Assembly: GCF_009914755.1 (NCBI RefSeq)
Contig: NC_060931.1
Direction: 5' to 3' (one strand)
Source: the human T2T-CHM13v2.0 reference genome, Homo sapiens
Length of the DNA: 64,000 bases
Shown here: one piece after another, positions 40,400 to 53,829 of the stretch
How the letters are laid out: each line of letters begins with the position of its first letter
How positions within the stretch are numbered: the stretch's first letter is position 1
Notes under the pieces: generated by a model
Database searches by the model: none
Told to the model about the DNA's origin: nothing
The model's input: only the letters and a program-made list of their open reading frames with translations
Translations under genes and position numbers: made by a program

Positions 40400-42189
40400 C
40401 TGAAAATACCAGAGAGTTATACTACCACCTTGTGCCATGAGTTTCACCCAGCAAGTTAAGTGAAAGGAACTTTTTGAGATGTTTTTATTTTTTCTTTGAC
40501 CTCATCTATGCTTAGCCACCAATCAAGAACATGCCATGAAGACTGGACAAGAGGAAATTCTGAGCAGCAGATAAAATTCTTCCACTCACACTAGCCCATG
40601 TCCATTGCTTTTTGTTGGGGGTAGTCTTCCTTCCTGTAGGATAAGTAGACGTTCATAGGAAGTCCAACATTTCTTCTTGCAAACTGAATCCTGGTGGACT
40701 CCATGATCATCCTTTTGCAGGTGCTGCGGTGTCTGACTCCTGTGATGGTCAATTTTGTCTGCCAAGTTGGTACAGCTGCTATAAGTAAAATTGTTTAACT
40801 TCTGCAGCTAGTAGAATGGAGTATATGAAAATGATGTAAATTATCATAAATTTAATGAGAGTCTTTCTTGATTTTGACTCAATTTGCCTACTGCTCTCTC
40901 AAATCAAGATATTCTTTTCCTTTCTCTTGCTCATAACACTTCAGCAAATACACAAGGAGTACAAGACAGTGCCATACAGCTCCACGCAGAGATCTACTAA
41001 TCCTAGAAAGTGGTAACTAGCACAGGCATTCTTATTGTTTTAGAAGCAGAAAACCTCAGATCTGTGCAAGAATATGCAAACATTACTGGACCAGTAGAAA
41101 TCTAAGTGATGGAAACTCACAACTTTAACATCTGAAATGAGAAAAACCATGGGTTAAGATGGAAGTGGGATGAGGAGTGACCATTTTCTACAGTCAATGT
41201 TCTAATGAAGATTAATACAAAAATATTCATAGTGTGTAGCGTACAGGGAACAATGAGAAAAGATCATCTATACTGTCTTTCATGAAGATAAATTTTTTTA
41301 CAGTCATTTAATTATTTCAAGTTGACACTATTTTCTGAATTGGGAAGCATTGAAAATGTATGTGAAACAGACTGTATTTTTTCTAGTTCATATTATCTAT
41401 CTGCCTGAAAAAACTACCAAACACTATTGTCTAAAATGATTTATACAAATAGATGTATATACAGTCTTCTTTTAGTGTTTATAAAGTCCTGATTAAGGAA
41501 TACCTTTTCTTACCTGTAGGTACCTGGACATAGAACTTAACTAAAAATTATAATCATACACTTTTATGCACTAAATAGCCTAAACAAGTTAAGAAGTTTA
41601 TTTCTAGTGCCCCATGCTAAATTGCTACAGTAAACTAACACTTGTTAATGAATTCATATGTTCAATATTTTTTTCAATGTTGTCAAGTTACTGGGGGTGA
41701 TGGATATTTATGATTACAAATAATTTATCACATTAATGGTATTAAATATTGTTTATGTTACTAAAAATGTAATTTATAATTTCTTACAAAAATTTGTTTA
41801 TAATTACCTACTTACTTTCTTAGAATACTGAATACTGGTTATAGAAGATCTTTTGTCTACTGAAAGGAAATAAATGCAGTATTTACGATAGTATACACTC
41901 ATGTATGTGAAGACAACACTAAGTGAAGGTGAGAGGATCCAAGTTTGGAGAAGCTGAGACAAAGCTGAGTTGTCGTGTGTAGGAAATGGAGCAATGTATA
42001 GAGATGATTGGTGTGAGATGGTTACTGGACAGAGAAGACTAGAGTCAGTGACTCTGGTGGGGACAGAGGAGAAAAGGATGGCGGGGTGCTCAGACAAAGC
42101 CTGCAGCAGAGGATCCCAGAAAGAGAGGTAAAAGGAGACGTTTGGGGGAGGTAAAATGATGTCCATGTGTTGTGTTAAATACCCATTTT

Positions 42190-42420
42190 ATAATTAATGC
42201 TTATATAGCACTTATTGTATGCCAGGCCCTATCCAAAGATTTCACATATATTTAGTCATTTTAGTCAGTAGTTATCAGTCACAATATACCTATGAGATAG
42301 GTAAATTATTTCCGTTTTATGGATGAGAAAACTGAGGAGGATGAGGCCAAGGTCACTCAGCAAATAAACAGAAGAGGCAGGAGTCCAACTTGAGTTCTAG
42401 AATTGGCAGGGCTGACTTTG
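42190..42420 (-). mobile_element. MIR
   Basis: atagcacttattgtatgccaggc...ttttatggatgagaaaactgagg...ccaaggtcactcagc. Confidence 0.75.
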
Positions 42421-43952
42421 ATGCTATTTTGGGTTTGCTTTTGGGAAAAGAAGAAAACTGTGATGTCCTGATACAGTGCTGGCACATGATGGAAATAGAG
42501 GCTGTTTTCTCAACCCGACCATATCTTGGTGTCAAGTACATAATAATACAAAAGAAAGATTCATAGATGATCTCTTTGTGTTATACTTATTTAAGAAGTT
42601 TAATTCTATGCCAAATGGCTTGCTGTAACCTAAAAAAAAAAGCATTGTTTTTTCTAAATCAACTCTAAACTTGCTTTCGGTTTTATTATGCTATGCCTTG
42701 AAAAACTCATAGTGTCTCTTAAACATGCACAGATCTGAGCAGACACCACTTTTAGAGAGAGTCAACTTCAATGTAGAATTAAGATCTGATTCTTCCTGTG
42801 GTATTCCTTTTTATTATTAAATAAGCTTATAATGGGTCATAAATATATTGGAAGCTAATTGGTTTTAGTATCAATTAATTGCTACAATATTTATTTATAA
42901 TCCATTGCTTTATTAAGTTTGATCCTTATGATAGAAATCTGAGATTATTTTTTCTTTTATTAAATATTAAACCATAATTAGCCAAGTTTAGTCCACAAAC
43001 ATGTGCTTACCTATATTTCTTGCTTTCCCTGGAGGTAATAAAAACAAATTATAGTCAATTACCTACAATCATTTATTTCACAAATAAATATCAGAACGTT
43101 GAGGCTATGCCCACAGATACTTATTCTGAACAATTGCTCTCTTAAAAAAATAAAAGTATACTATAGGATTTGACAGGTTCTAGGGGCTAAGATTCCTGCA
43201 ATTATTTTTGTTATTTTTCCTTTTATCATTCTTTCTTCATCATCTTTTCTTTTAACTCCCTGGCTAAATATGATATGATTTGGAAAAGTTAGTTTATTCT
43301 CCTAGGAGACAAACTCTTTCAATACCAAACTGAAGTTCAGTGTCACTCAATACTGACTAGCACAGGGGAAGGAACTCACTGGGAACACCATTTTACAAGA
43401 AGCTGACTGCTGAATGGAGCCTATGTAATCGGATGGCAGATGTTGTAAGTAAATCATTGGGATGTCTACCATCAGCCACCTGAGTATTTTTCAGTTGCCA
43501 CCGAATAGCCATAAATTAATGGAGTGCTGAAAAGTCTGTCGACAATGTCACATGCCTGGAGTGACCAGGCTTTCATCTTTTCTTAGATAAACAAAATAAA
43601 GATCAGTCATAATATGATTAGCAGTTTAAAGGGACTGCTTTATTTTTTAACTTGAAAAATAAATGGAGTTTATCTATATCGAACTTTGTAATGAAAATAT
43701 CCTATATCCCATAAAAATTTGTTAGCTGTCAGTCTCTTTGTTCAAAATAACAGTTAAATAACAAAGATCTATAAAATGAATTATTTCTTAAAAAGTCAGA
43801 TTAGTTGCTCAAACTAAATGCATGTGTTGTGTAAGAAAGCAATATATATCTGCAAAATTTAAGCTCTGCTTATAAAAAATAAAGTGTAAAATACAAGCTC
43901 TGTTTGTAAATTAAAATGACACAGTCCATTTTGTTGATGTTTTTACTTATTC

Positions 43953-44037
43953 AACACTCTAAGGGCTTTAGGTGTATTTCCATTATACAACAGAAAACAC
44001 TCCAGGCCTTAGGTGTATTTCCATTATACAACAGAAA
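43953..44037. repeat. ~42-bp tandem duplication
   Basis: ttaggtgtatttccattatacaacagaaa (29 bp, identical) twice, each preceded by aacactc..agg. Confidence 0.92.
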
Positions 44038-45099
44038 GAAATGACATTCTTCCACCTTCTTATGACTATTAGGAGTTTGTTTTCAGTTTTTATAGCTCAA
44101 GTCACACCTGTGCTGCTACTCATATAAGTTTAATATATTACAGTCATAAAATGCCTCTGATGGTTGGAATTTGGTTCCCAAGAGATTATCTAAATACTAA
44201 GTTTCAGAATTTGTTTAGCAGAGGTTGCTGCTGCTCCTTCAGCACCACTCTCCTTGTCCTCTGCTGTTAGCCCCTAGACTTGTTCTAGTGGGATTAGCCT
44301 CAAAGGCCCAATAATGACATTAAATTATAGGCCCAGGAGCAGAAAACTGTTTCAGCCATCAAATTTGCTTAATATTGGCCTTGCCTCTGTTTAGTGTTAT
44401 GCTACTCTTGAAGGCTGCCCTACCAATGAGCAATTCCCCCGAGCCAGGAAGAAATGTCTACTCTTTGGTTAAAAACATTCTTTCTGTGTTATTTTGTAGT
44501 TCTAGTTTCTGCACTGTTATTTGCCCTGGCACAGACCTTCCTTTCAACTCCCTGAAGCACTTCACTTATACATTTCTTACAGCATTTCTCTTACCTTGTC
44601 TTGCATTATAGTTACATTTTTACTTATGTTACTGAATTATTAAGTGTTAAGATCATAGAGAGAAAACGATGTCTCTCACTCTTCTCTCTAACTGTTTGTA
44701 TACTCATCCCAGAGCATGAATTAAATGTTTGTGACTTCCGTTTGACTCTTGCTTTGGTGGCTGAGTGTAATTTTGAGAATTTCAGTTTTTAGGTATTCAT
44801 TCTTTTTGTTGTTCTAACTAGATAATTTTTTCTTTTCTTTCTTTATTTTCCCTTTTGCAAAATGATTACCTAATTTCAAGCCTAGTATTTTGTAAAACAG
44901 CCTGTTCTAAAAGGTTGTTCTAATGTGCTTCCCAACAGTTTTGTAATAACCGTGCCTATGTGTCATTGGACAAAGTAAGGAAAATAATGCAGGTTTAATG
45001 GAAAAGCAGACTCCTGATGCCTCACAAAAGATGAGGAATGGCGACTCCTCAGTTATGAGAAAGCAAACAGGAGTAGAATTAGCTCCAGAAAGAAGGATC

Positions 45100-45260
45100 T
45101 TGCTGTAGTAGAAAGTTAAGAAGGTTCTGGACATTAATTTGGCTTCCACTTACTAAATAAAGCATAGCAAGTTTAAATATGCCCTCTTTCTCATTTATGA
45201 AATGTATGTAGTAACATGTACCTTAAAAAGTTGCTATAAGGATTAAATCTGATAATATTC
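45100..45260 (+). mobile_element. MIR fragment
   Basis: ggcttccacttacta...tttctcatttatgaaatg...gctataaggattaaat. Confidence 0.55.
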
Positions 45261-45263
45261 ATT

Positions 45264-45371
45264 CAACCCATTTACTGGTGGCTTTTTCACGGCAGACTTT
45301 GGTCAGTGGTTCATTGTCTGAACCGTCGTGATCAGTTATGGGCCAAAAAGGTTTCAGCTGATATAAGGTCA
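45264..45371. repeat. Unclassified ~110-bp element, copy 1
   Basis: About 84% identical by eye to 46263-46373. Confidence 0.85.
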
Positions 45372-45654
45372 CAGGTGATAGTGCAGAAGGGTTACTATCA
45401 TAGGGAACCCATAGATCAGAGAACTGAAAATGCTTATCTTGTTTAAAAAATTGCTTAAAGAGCAAGTGCTATCTCTGGTCAATATGTATTCATTCTGAGA
45501 AAGACCTTTATACTAATTGGGGATTTCCAAAATAGAGCTACAAGAGTGGGACTTGATGTGGTATATGTGTATTGTGGATATTGCAGAAACAGAATGTCAG
45601 AAAAATGAATGCAAAAATGCCTTTCCAACATGATTTTCTATGATTATAGATATA

Positions 45655-46519
45655 CACACATATAATTTACTCTGCATTTTTTTTCCAACAGCAGCAATCT
45701 TCCAACTCTTCATACACTAACTGGATGTCCAGCAATTCAATTCAATTCTGACACTAACTATCCAGAGCTAGCATAAACTTCACAGGTTAAGGACTCAGTC
45801 CCACAAGACTACTCCCACTTCAGATGACAAAGGCAAGTCACAGTCTCCTGTACTTTTGACCAGCTGCTTATAAACCAGGGATTCCCATGATCCCATTCTC
45901 AGGTTCAACAATTTGTTAGAATAGCTCACAGAACTTAGGAAGGCACTTTACTATTACTGATTTATTGTAAAGGATACAACTCAAGAGTAACCAAATAAAA
46001 GAGGTCCATAGGGCAAAACATGCCAGGAGATGTGTGAAGCTTCCATGTCTTCTTTGGGCACACTACCTCCCAGTACCTTGTGTTCATCAATCCAGAAGCT
46101 CTCCAAGCCCCATTGTTTAGGAGTTTTTATAGAAGTTTCATCATGTAGGCATGATTGACTGTTAAGTCAATTGCCAGCCCCTCTTTCCTCCTTGGAGGTT
46201 GCAGGGAATGGGGCTGAAAGTTCCAAGTCTCTAACGGAGGTTCAGTCTTTCTAGTGACCATCCAACCCATTTACTGGTGGCTCTATCACATGGCAGGCTT
46301 CGGTCAATGGTTCATTATCTGAACCACTGTGATCAGTTATGGGTCAAATACGGGTTCAACTGATATAGGGTTAGGCCATGCTGAAGTTATTGAGGGATTT
46401 GACAAGAGTTGGTTCATTAGAACAAAATACTCTTCTATCACCCAGGAAATTCCACAGGACTTAGGAGCACTATCTCAGGAACCTGACACATAAACAAGAT
46501 GTATATTTCTTATGTCACA
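45655..46519 (-). mobile_element. MER21-family LTR
   Basis: aattcaattctgacactaacta...ctcagtcccacaagact...gaatagctcacagaact...ggggctgaaagttcc...tcacccaggaaattcc...tatttcttatgtcaca. Confidence 0.8.
46263..46373. repeat. Unclassified ~110-bp element, copy 2 (inserted in MER21)
   Basis: Interrupts MER21 between gtgaccatc and ccatgctgaag. Confidence 0.85.
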
Positions 46520-46710
46520 TCTGCACACATGCATGCACACATGCACACACACACACATGCATATGTTGTTGTTAGAACAGGTCTAACAATACAAATGTGA
46601 TTGGTTCTCATTTTGAATTACAAAGAATAAGAATGTCTAGTTGGATTCATCAATGGAGAGATAGAAAACAAGAAAATTCTTGACAATTCTACACAGGCAC
46701 ATGTGAAGAA

Positions 46711-46908
46711 CTGAGCTGAAGACAAAATTTTGGAGTAATCAATATATAAATGTAATTTTAAACCATGAGACTTACTGAGATAATTAAGGGAATTAATACA
46801 TGTAAAAAATTGAAGATACAGGAAGTGAGGCCTAAGACATTCCAGCTTTAAAGAGGATCAGGAACCAGCAAAGGTAAAGACTAGCCAATAGAAACCAAAA
46901 AATGTGAA
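46711..46908 (-). repeat. Duplicated L2 segment (copy of 48752-48949)
   Basis: About 92% identity by eye, 58-bp perfect core. Confidence 0.92.
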
Positions 46909-47450
46909 TGATTGTATTTTCCTAAATGACTGCAACATTTCTCATTGCACCTGCTCTTCTTACAATGTAACTTTGACACTCATTCCGTGAAGAGGTGAGT
47001 CTCTGTTTTCTCCTCTTATACTTGCCAGGGGCTTTGTGACTGCTCTAAGCAATATTGTCAGTGGAAGTGATATTGTGACTTCTGAGGCTAGGTTATAAAA
47101 AGGATACAGCTTCTACTAGGCTTGCTCATTTGGGTATTCTTACTCTGGTGAAGCCAGCAACGATATGGAGCTTGAGGAAGCTCAAACCAGCCCATGTGGA
47201 AAAACCACATGGAGAAACCCACACATAGAGGAACTGAGTTTCCCTGTCAACAGCCAGCATCAACCTTGCAAGTGATTTTTGCTCACAGCACTTTCGTTTG
47301 CGGTTTCAGACATTTCAGAGTACAACAAAGCCAACGGTGCTGTGCTTGCTCTGAATTCCTGACCCATAGCTTCCGTAGATGTAATAAATGATTGTTTTAC
47401 AGCTCTAAGTTTTGGAGTAATTTGTTACCTAGTCATAGTAACTGGTACCA
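46903..47450 (+). mobile_element. MLT1 (F/G/H-like) LTR
   Basis: gattgtattttcctaaatgactgcaaca...tgtgacttctgaggctaggttataaaa...aataaatgattgttttacagctctaagttttggagtaatttgttac. Confidence 0.75.
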
Positions 47451-49440
47451 CAAGTTGGCCATAAGGAGATGCTACCCAGACATCTTAAATAAAAAAAAAA
47501 ATTATATAGATTAAATACTTTACTTACACAGAAAACAGGTTGTATAGCAATTCCAAATAGTTATTAGTTAATCACTATTGCAATATTTCTTGAGATCCAA
47601 GGAAGGGAAGGAGGCTAATATTAATAGTTTTCTATTCATTCATTTATTCAATCAACATTCATTAATTCATTCAATATACAAACATACATACACATACACA
47701 GAGATATATACGTATATATAATAAATACATAAATACACACACACATCATGGCATGGCTCTCAGCACTTGGGATATTAACAGAGAACAAAACAGGCAAAAT
47801 TATCTGTTCTCATACATGGTGCCCTGTACTAGAAACAGTGAGTAGAAGACAAACAAGTAATATGCGATCTGTCAGATGGATAAAAGTCCTAAGGAGAAAA
47901 GTAAAACAAGAAAGAGAAATGAGGATTGCAATGAGAGGAGAAAGCGGTAGAGGGTTGTGACTTTACATAAAGTAGTTAGCGGAAGCCTCTATGAGACGGC
48001 AAACTTTGCAGGGAAAGAGGAAGGAAGCCTTTTGTGTATCTGTAGGTGGAGGAGATGTGTTCTAGGCACAGAGAATTACAATGGAAAAGGTTGAGGGCTG
48101 GAACAGAGTGAGCAAAAGGCAGAACAGCAATATATGAAATCAGAGAGGCAAGGCAGGGCACAGGCAGAAGATGGATGGTTAGTAACGATTAGGCTTTTCT
48201 GGTTCTTCTGTATATCCTTTGTTCTTTTCTTTCTCTCTCATTGTTTATCATTTTGTACTTTGAGTAACCTGGGATGTCTTTGCAGGGTTTTGAGGGGGGT
48301 AGCATGGTCTGACTTACATTTTAACATGCCAATTTGGCTGCTGTGTTGAGAATAGTTTTGGGCGGAGGGGAGGCAGGAGGAATATGGAAGAAAGAAGGGT
48401 CAGTTTGGAGGCTATTGTGATAATCCAAGGTACAGATGATTTTAGCTCAGACCAGACAGGCAGCGGTGGAGGTAGTGCGAAATGGTTTATGTTTTTGGGT
48501 GTATTCCAAATTATCTGTACTGGATTAAGTGGGGAATGTGACTAAAAGAAAAGAATTGAACATGATTTCCAACTGTCCTGAACAATTAGTAATATAGAAG
48601 CCTACTTACAAAATGAGGAAGACTGTAGGAAAAATAGATTGTGGAGAAAAATACCAGGAATTCATTTCTGGACAAGTTTAACATGCCAATTAGACATTCA
48701 AATGGAAAATGGAACAGTCAGAAGTAAGAGTTTAGAAATCAATGGAAAGATCTGAGCTGAAGATAAAATTTGGGAGTAATAAATATATAGATGTAATTTT
48801 GAAACCATGAGACTTACTGAGATAATTAAGGGAATTAATACATGTAAAAAATTGAAGATCCCGGGAGTGAGGTCTAGGACATTCTAGCTTTAAAGAGGAC
48901 CAGGAACCAGCAAAGGTAAAGACTGGCCAGTAGAAACCAAAAAAGTGAAATCCACCAGGGAACTGAAGAAATTGTTGCAAACAAGAGGAGTAATCAACTG
49001 TGACAAATGTTTCTGACAGGTGAAGTAAGTTGAAGACTGAGATGGACCATTGGATTTAGTAATGTAGAATCATAACTGACTTTGACAGACACACTTTTGG
49101 TGAGGTTGTGGGGTTTATAGACTAATGGACCTGGGTTAGAGAGAACCTAATAAGTGGTATTAGAAAGAGTAAATGTATTAATAGAAGAATTTGTTATAAA
49201 AGGGGGATATAAAAGTAGTCTAGCTGGCAGGGAAAATGGAGTTAGAAAGTTTTGATTGTTTTTAAAGATGGGAGAAATAATAGCATATTTGTATATTGAA
49301 GATTTTATAATGATGACCTAGTAGATCCAGTAGAAAGGGAGATACAGAAAACATAGGCAGTAGAGAAAAGAATTCTAGACCCGTGTCCCTGAAGATGGAA
49401 AAGCAAAAGTTCCATCATAGACATAAATGGGATTTGTCCT

Positions 49441-49524
49441 TAGATAGAGATTGGTCTATGGAGGTTGGTCTATGGAGATGGTCTATGGAGATGGTCTAGA
49501 TAGAGGTTGGTCTATGGAGATGGT
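49441..49524. repeat. ~12-14-bp minisatellite (tggtctatggag)
   Basis: About 5 copies, with tagatagag occurring twice. Confidence 0.9.
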
Positions 49525-49808
49525 AGAAAGACAGAGTTAGATGGATGCCAACAGAAAAGGGGTGGATTAGGGATTAAGAGCCTATAGACCTTCCCTTCCT
49601 CTGGTTCAACTTTCTCAGTGAGGGAAGCAAGATCTTCATCCAAGAATGGGAATGGGGAGGTGGCACAAGAATTTGTAACATAAGTGGATGATTTAATGAA
49701 CTAAAAAAATGTAGTAGAATTACCAGGCAGGAAAAGTGCCCTCTCTAGGTTGGTAGTCACATATTTAAAGTGAGATAATTCAACATTGTGTAAATTTATT
49801 TACTATAA

Positions 49809-50122
<314 letters not shown>

Positions 50123-51133
50123 GATTGTGTGTTTTTCTAAAGCCGTGCTCAGCTGTGCAGGAATAGCCATGGAGAAAGAAAAGGGTTATATTTAACCAGG
50201 CATGCGACTTTTTCCAAACAAGGATGGTAGAATATAAGAAGTGAGAGAGTTACAGATTTTCACAAGGAAAGGATTACAGTGATTGCCACAGGATTCAAAT
50301 TGGATTAAATGGCCAGAGAAGCCATGAAGGGGGCTGAGGAAAATTAAAATAGTGGTAGTATCAATGAGTTGAAGACATCAGTACTTTTGCAGTCAGGAAA
50401 TCAGAAGAGAACCGGAAAGAGGTAGTGATGAGCGCTGGGGTAATGTTTATTATTAAAACTGTGGAAAGTACATCTACTGGCAATAAAAGGCCTAAGTCAC
50501 TATCATGGAAATAAGTGGCTAAGGTAGAATGGAGGAAGAGGTCATTGGAGGAGAAGAGTTGAAGGAACTCCAAAGCCAAAGGACTAAAAGCTTAACCTGC
50601 CTGGGTATTAAAATCATCCAGAAATGTAACAGGAGTCATTTTGGCCTGAGTGATGGTACGCCGGGAATAAAAATCTTCAAGTAATGAGTTATAGTATCCA
50701 AGAAGTCAGTAGTTTCTAAGGTTCCAGAAAAGAGGTTTGAGTGTTTTTGTGTGAAAAGAGAAATTTTGTGTGTGTCTGGGGACAGGGTTGGGGGTAGGGT
50801 TCAACAAGTGTGAGAGATAAGAGGAAAGAAAAGGAAAGAGGATACAGGTCAAGTGCTGTGTGATGGAAGGGCCAAGAGAACACTCCCACCTGTGGGTTGG
50901 CCAACAAGGGTTTCGAAGAACATAAGTGTATGATTTGCCTGTGGCTTGCTATCCACTGAATTCTGTGACCCTGTCTCTTATGCTCACCTTTGGAGTAATG
51001 TCAACCAGACTCATAAATGTTTTGTGCATTTTTTTTTAAATGTTAATATTATTTTGTGGAATTTTATGAAGCTACTCTCTTCCACATTTTTATCATCAGA
51101 GGAGTGAGTAGAGACTAACAGAAAGATGGAAGC

Positions 51134-51481
<348 letters not shown>

Positions 51482-51659
51482 CTATAAATTCAGATAAAGT
51501 TTGGGGAGTGCTTTGGAGATCCCTAGGTTGCAAATTTGGTGGGCTGTAAGAGGGGAGTTTTAGTCGTTTCCTTTACTGTATTAGGAAGCTAGGAGCAGAT
51601 ATGCCCACGTATCTTTGCTCTATATCTGTGTATGCGGTATCCATGTTATAATTTACCTA

Positions 51660-51892
51660 CAGCAGTGTTTTTCAGCTTTCTAAAAAACATTGTCTCCCTG
51701 TGAAACCTTTGTGCACAGTTTTTTCCTAATTACCCCCACTCCATGAAATTGTAACACCACTGATATAAGGTACAATTGTTTGTATACTGGAATCTTTTGG
51801 AAGGCCGCAGACCATTGTAGGATCTAAGATTTCTCACTCTACCCAAGAACCAATTTTGCCCCTTTGAAGGTGATATTGGTTCCAGTGAGCAG
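51660..51892. mobile_element. hAT-Charlie-type DNA transposon fragment
   Basis: cagtgtttttcagc...ccaagaaccaattttgcccc..gtgatattgg..gag termini; family uncertain. Confidence 0.4.
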
Positions 51893-52710
51893 TAGAACGT
51901 AGAGATATAAATATCTATATGCTGAATTTTTCAGTCTGGTGTTCTTTTTACTATAATTGTATTATCTTGCTCAAGGTAAACTTACTGCTTTCTAGAGATA
52001 TTTCTTTTGGGAAAAATGATCTGTCACCTTTCTCAAATCCTGTGCTACAATGTCATTTTTTTTTTCTTCATACCTATGTCCAGTAAGGATTTCCCAGTAG
52101 ATTTTTCCAAGCAATTTAATTCCTTATTAGTGTGGCTGATTCATGAACACTTAAGCAGGTTTCCACTTTCCTTGGGGGTCCAGGCACATGTTAAATGGTT
52201 TTGTATCATTATGGACTAATCCTTAGTAATAGAACATGATCCCAGAACAGCTGCTTAAATGACTTGGCCTCCTGGTACACATTTCAATTTTTTTAGGACC
52301 ATAAATCTACAATCATTTGTAGCAAACATTCTCTCCACTCACACCAGATGTGGGTGGAGGAATAGGATGGGGATGAAGAAAGTAAAGGTAGATAAAATAA
52401 TTGTGTATTTTTGGTCTTTTGTACAACTTGGATTTCCAAATTCCATGTTCAATGTATCTTACCATCCCCCCTTGGTGTCATGAGTTGAGGTAGAAATTTC
52501 TATCTGAATGTCATAGCTTACCTTTTATTTTACAAAGTACAGTGATATTGTGTTATATAACCTTACACATTTCTCAGTGTGTGCTTGTATAATAGATACA
52601 AATATGTTGAGTATATATATATGTATACATTACAGCTACAAATACACATTTGGAGCTAGAATGTCCATTAAATACATAAATGTTTAAAATGTTTATACAT
52701 GTGTGTGTGC

Positions 52711-52751
<41 letters not shown>

Positions 52752-52769
52752 ATCTGTCTATCTATCTAT
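52711..52769. repeat. Tetranucleotide STR (CTAT)10 CAT CTGT (CTAT)3
   Basis: Direct read. Confidence 0.97.
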
Positions 52770-52789
52770 AATGTATTAGTTGGCTTAGT

Positions 52790-53161
52790 CAGCTAGGGCT
52801 GCCATAACCAAATACCACACACTAAGTGGCTTAAACAACAGCAATTTATTTTCTCACAGTTTTGAAGACTGGAAGTCTGAGATTAAAGTGTTGCCAGGTT
52901 TGGTGTCTCTGGAGGCCTGTCTCCTTGACTCGGAGAGGCGCCTTCTCACTATGTCATCATGTGGTCTTCTCTCTGCATGCGTGCATCCCTGGTGTCTCTG
53001 TCTCTTTTTGCAAGGACACCAGTCATATTGGAATAGGGACCCACACTAATAACCTCATTTAACCTTAGTTTCCCTCTTAGAGGCTTTCTCGAAACACAGT
53101 GACACTGGGGCTTAGTGGTTTAGCATATCAATGTTGGGAGGGCACAATGCAGTCCATAACA
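52790..53161 (-). mobile_element. MLT1A-like solo LTR
   Basis: gggctgccataaccaaataccac...ggcttaaacaacag..atttattttctcacagtt...aaggacaccagtcatattgga...cagtccataaca. Confidence 0.85.
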
Positions 53162-53829
53162 TTTATTTATTTATTTGTTAATTTGTTTGTTTAAGACAAT
53201 AGCACTTTTAGTTACTGTGAGTTTGGTTACAGATGTATCCAATACAGTGACCCTAAAAATGGCAATACAGTAACTTCATACACAGGAACCATGATATCAG
53301 TTTGTATCTGGAATGTGCATCTAATTTATAGTATGACTTTTATTACTAGAGCCATTAGAAAGATGATGCAGTGATATGTACTTAGTAGTCGTCATGTAAT
53401 TATTATAATTATTTCCAAGACTAGTGATCTCTAAGGCCAGGGATAGTTTTTTCCTGACGTAGGCATAGGTCTTAGGAACAAAAGAGGAGGGTGAGAATAG
53501 ACCAGCTATGCACCTTCTTCTTTAATCTATTGCTTAGCTTCTGATTAATGAATATTGATGACAACTATACATTTTTCTTGATATGAGCAGGACAATTGAA
53601 GTTTAGGAAGCACTATAACTATTTTAGCACTTGAATTTATTTTTCTTTTTAAAAATCAGTATATCCAAAGTAAATAATCTACCCTTCCTCCTGTCTAAAA
53701 CATTAAATACTTAAAGAAAATATCTGCATGACAGCAATATAAAGTGTTAAGCCAATCCAGATGTTTAGATCTCTTTATATTGGATTTGACTTAAACTAAA
53801 ACTTCAGTAGCATAAATTTGGCCTTAAAC

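Noticed and set aside
43306-43444. + strand exon (cctAG...gtt|GTAAGT) as a coding exon
   Set aside because: Stops in all three frames and weak exonic donor bases.
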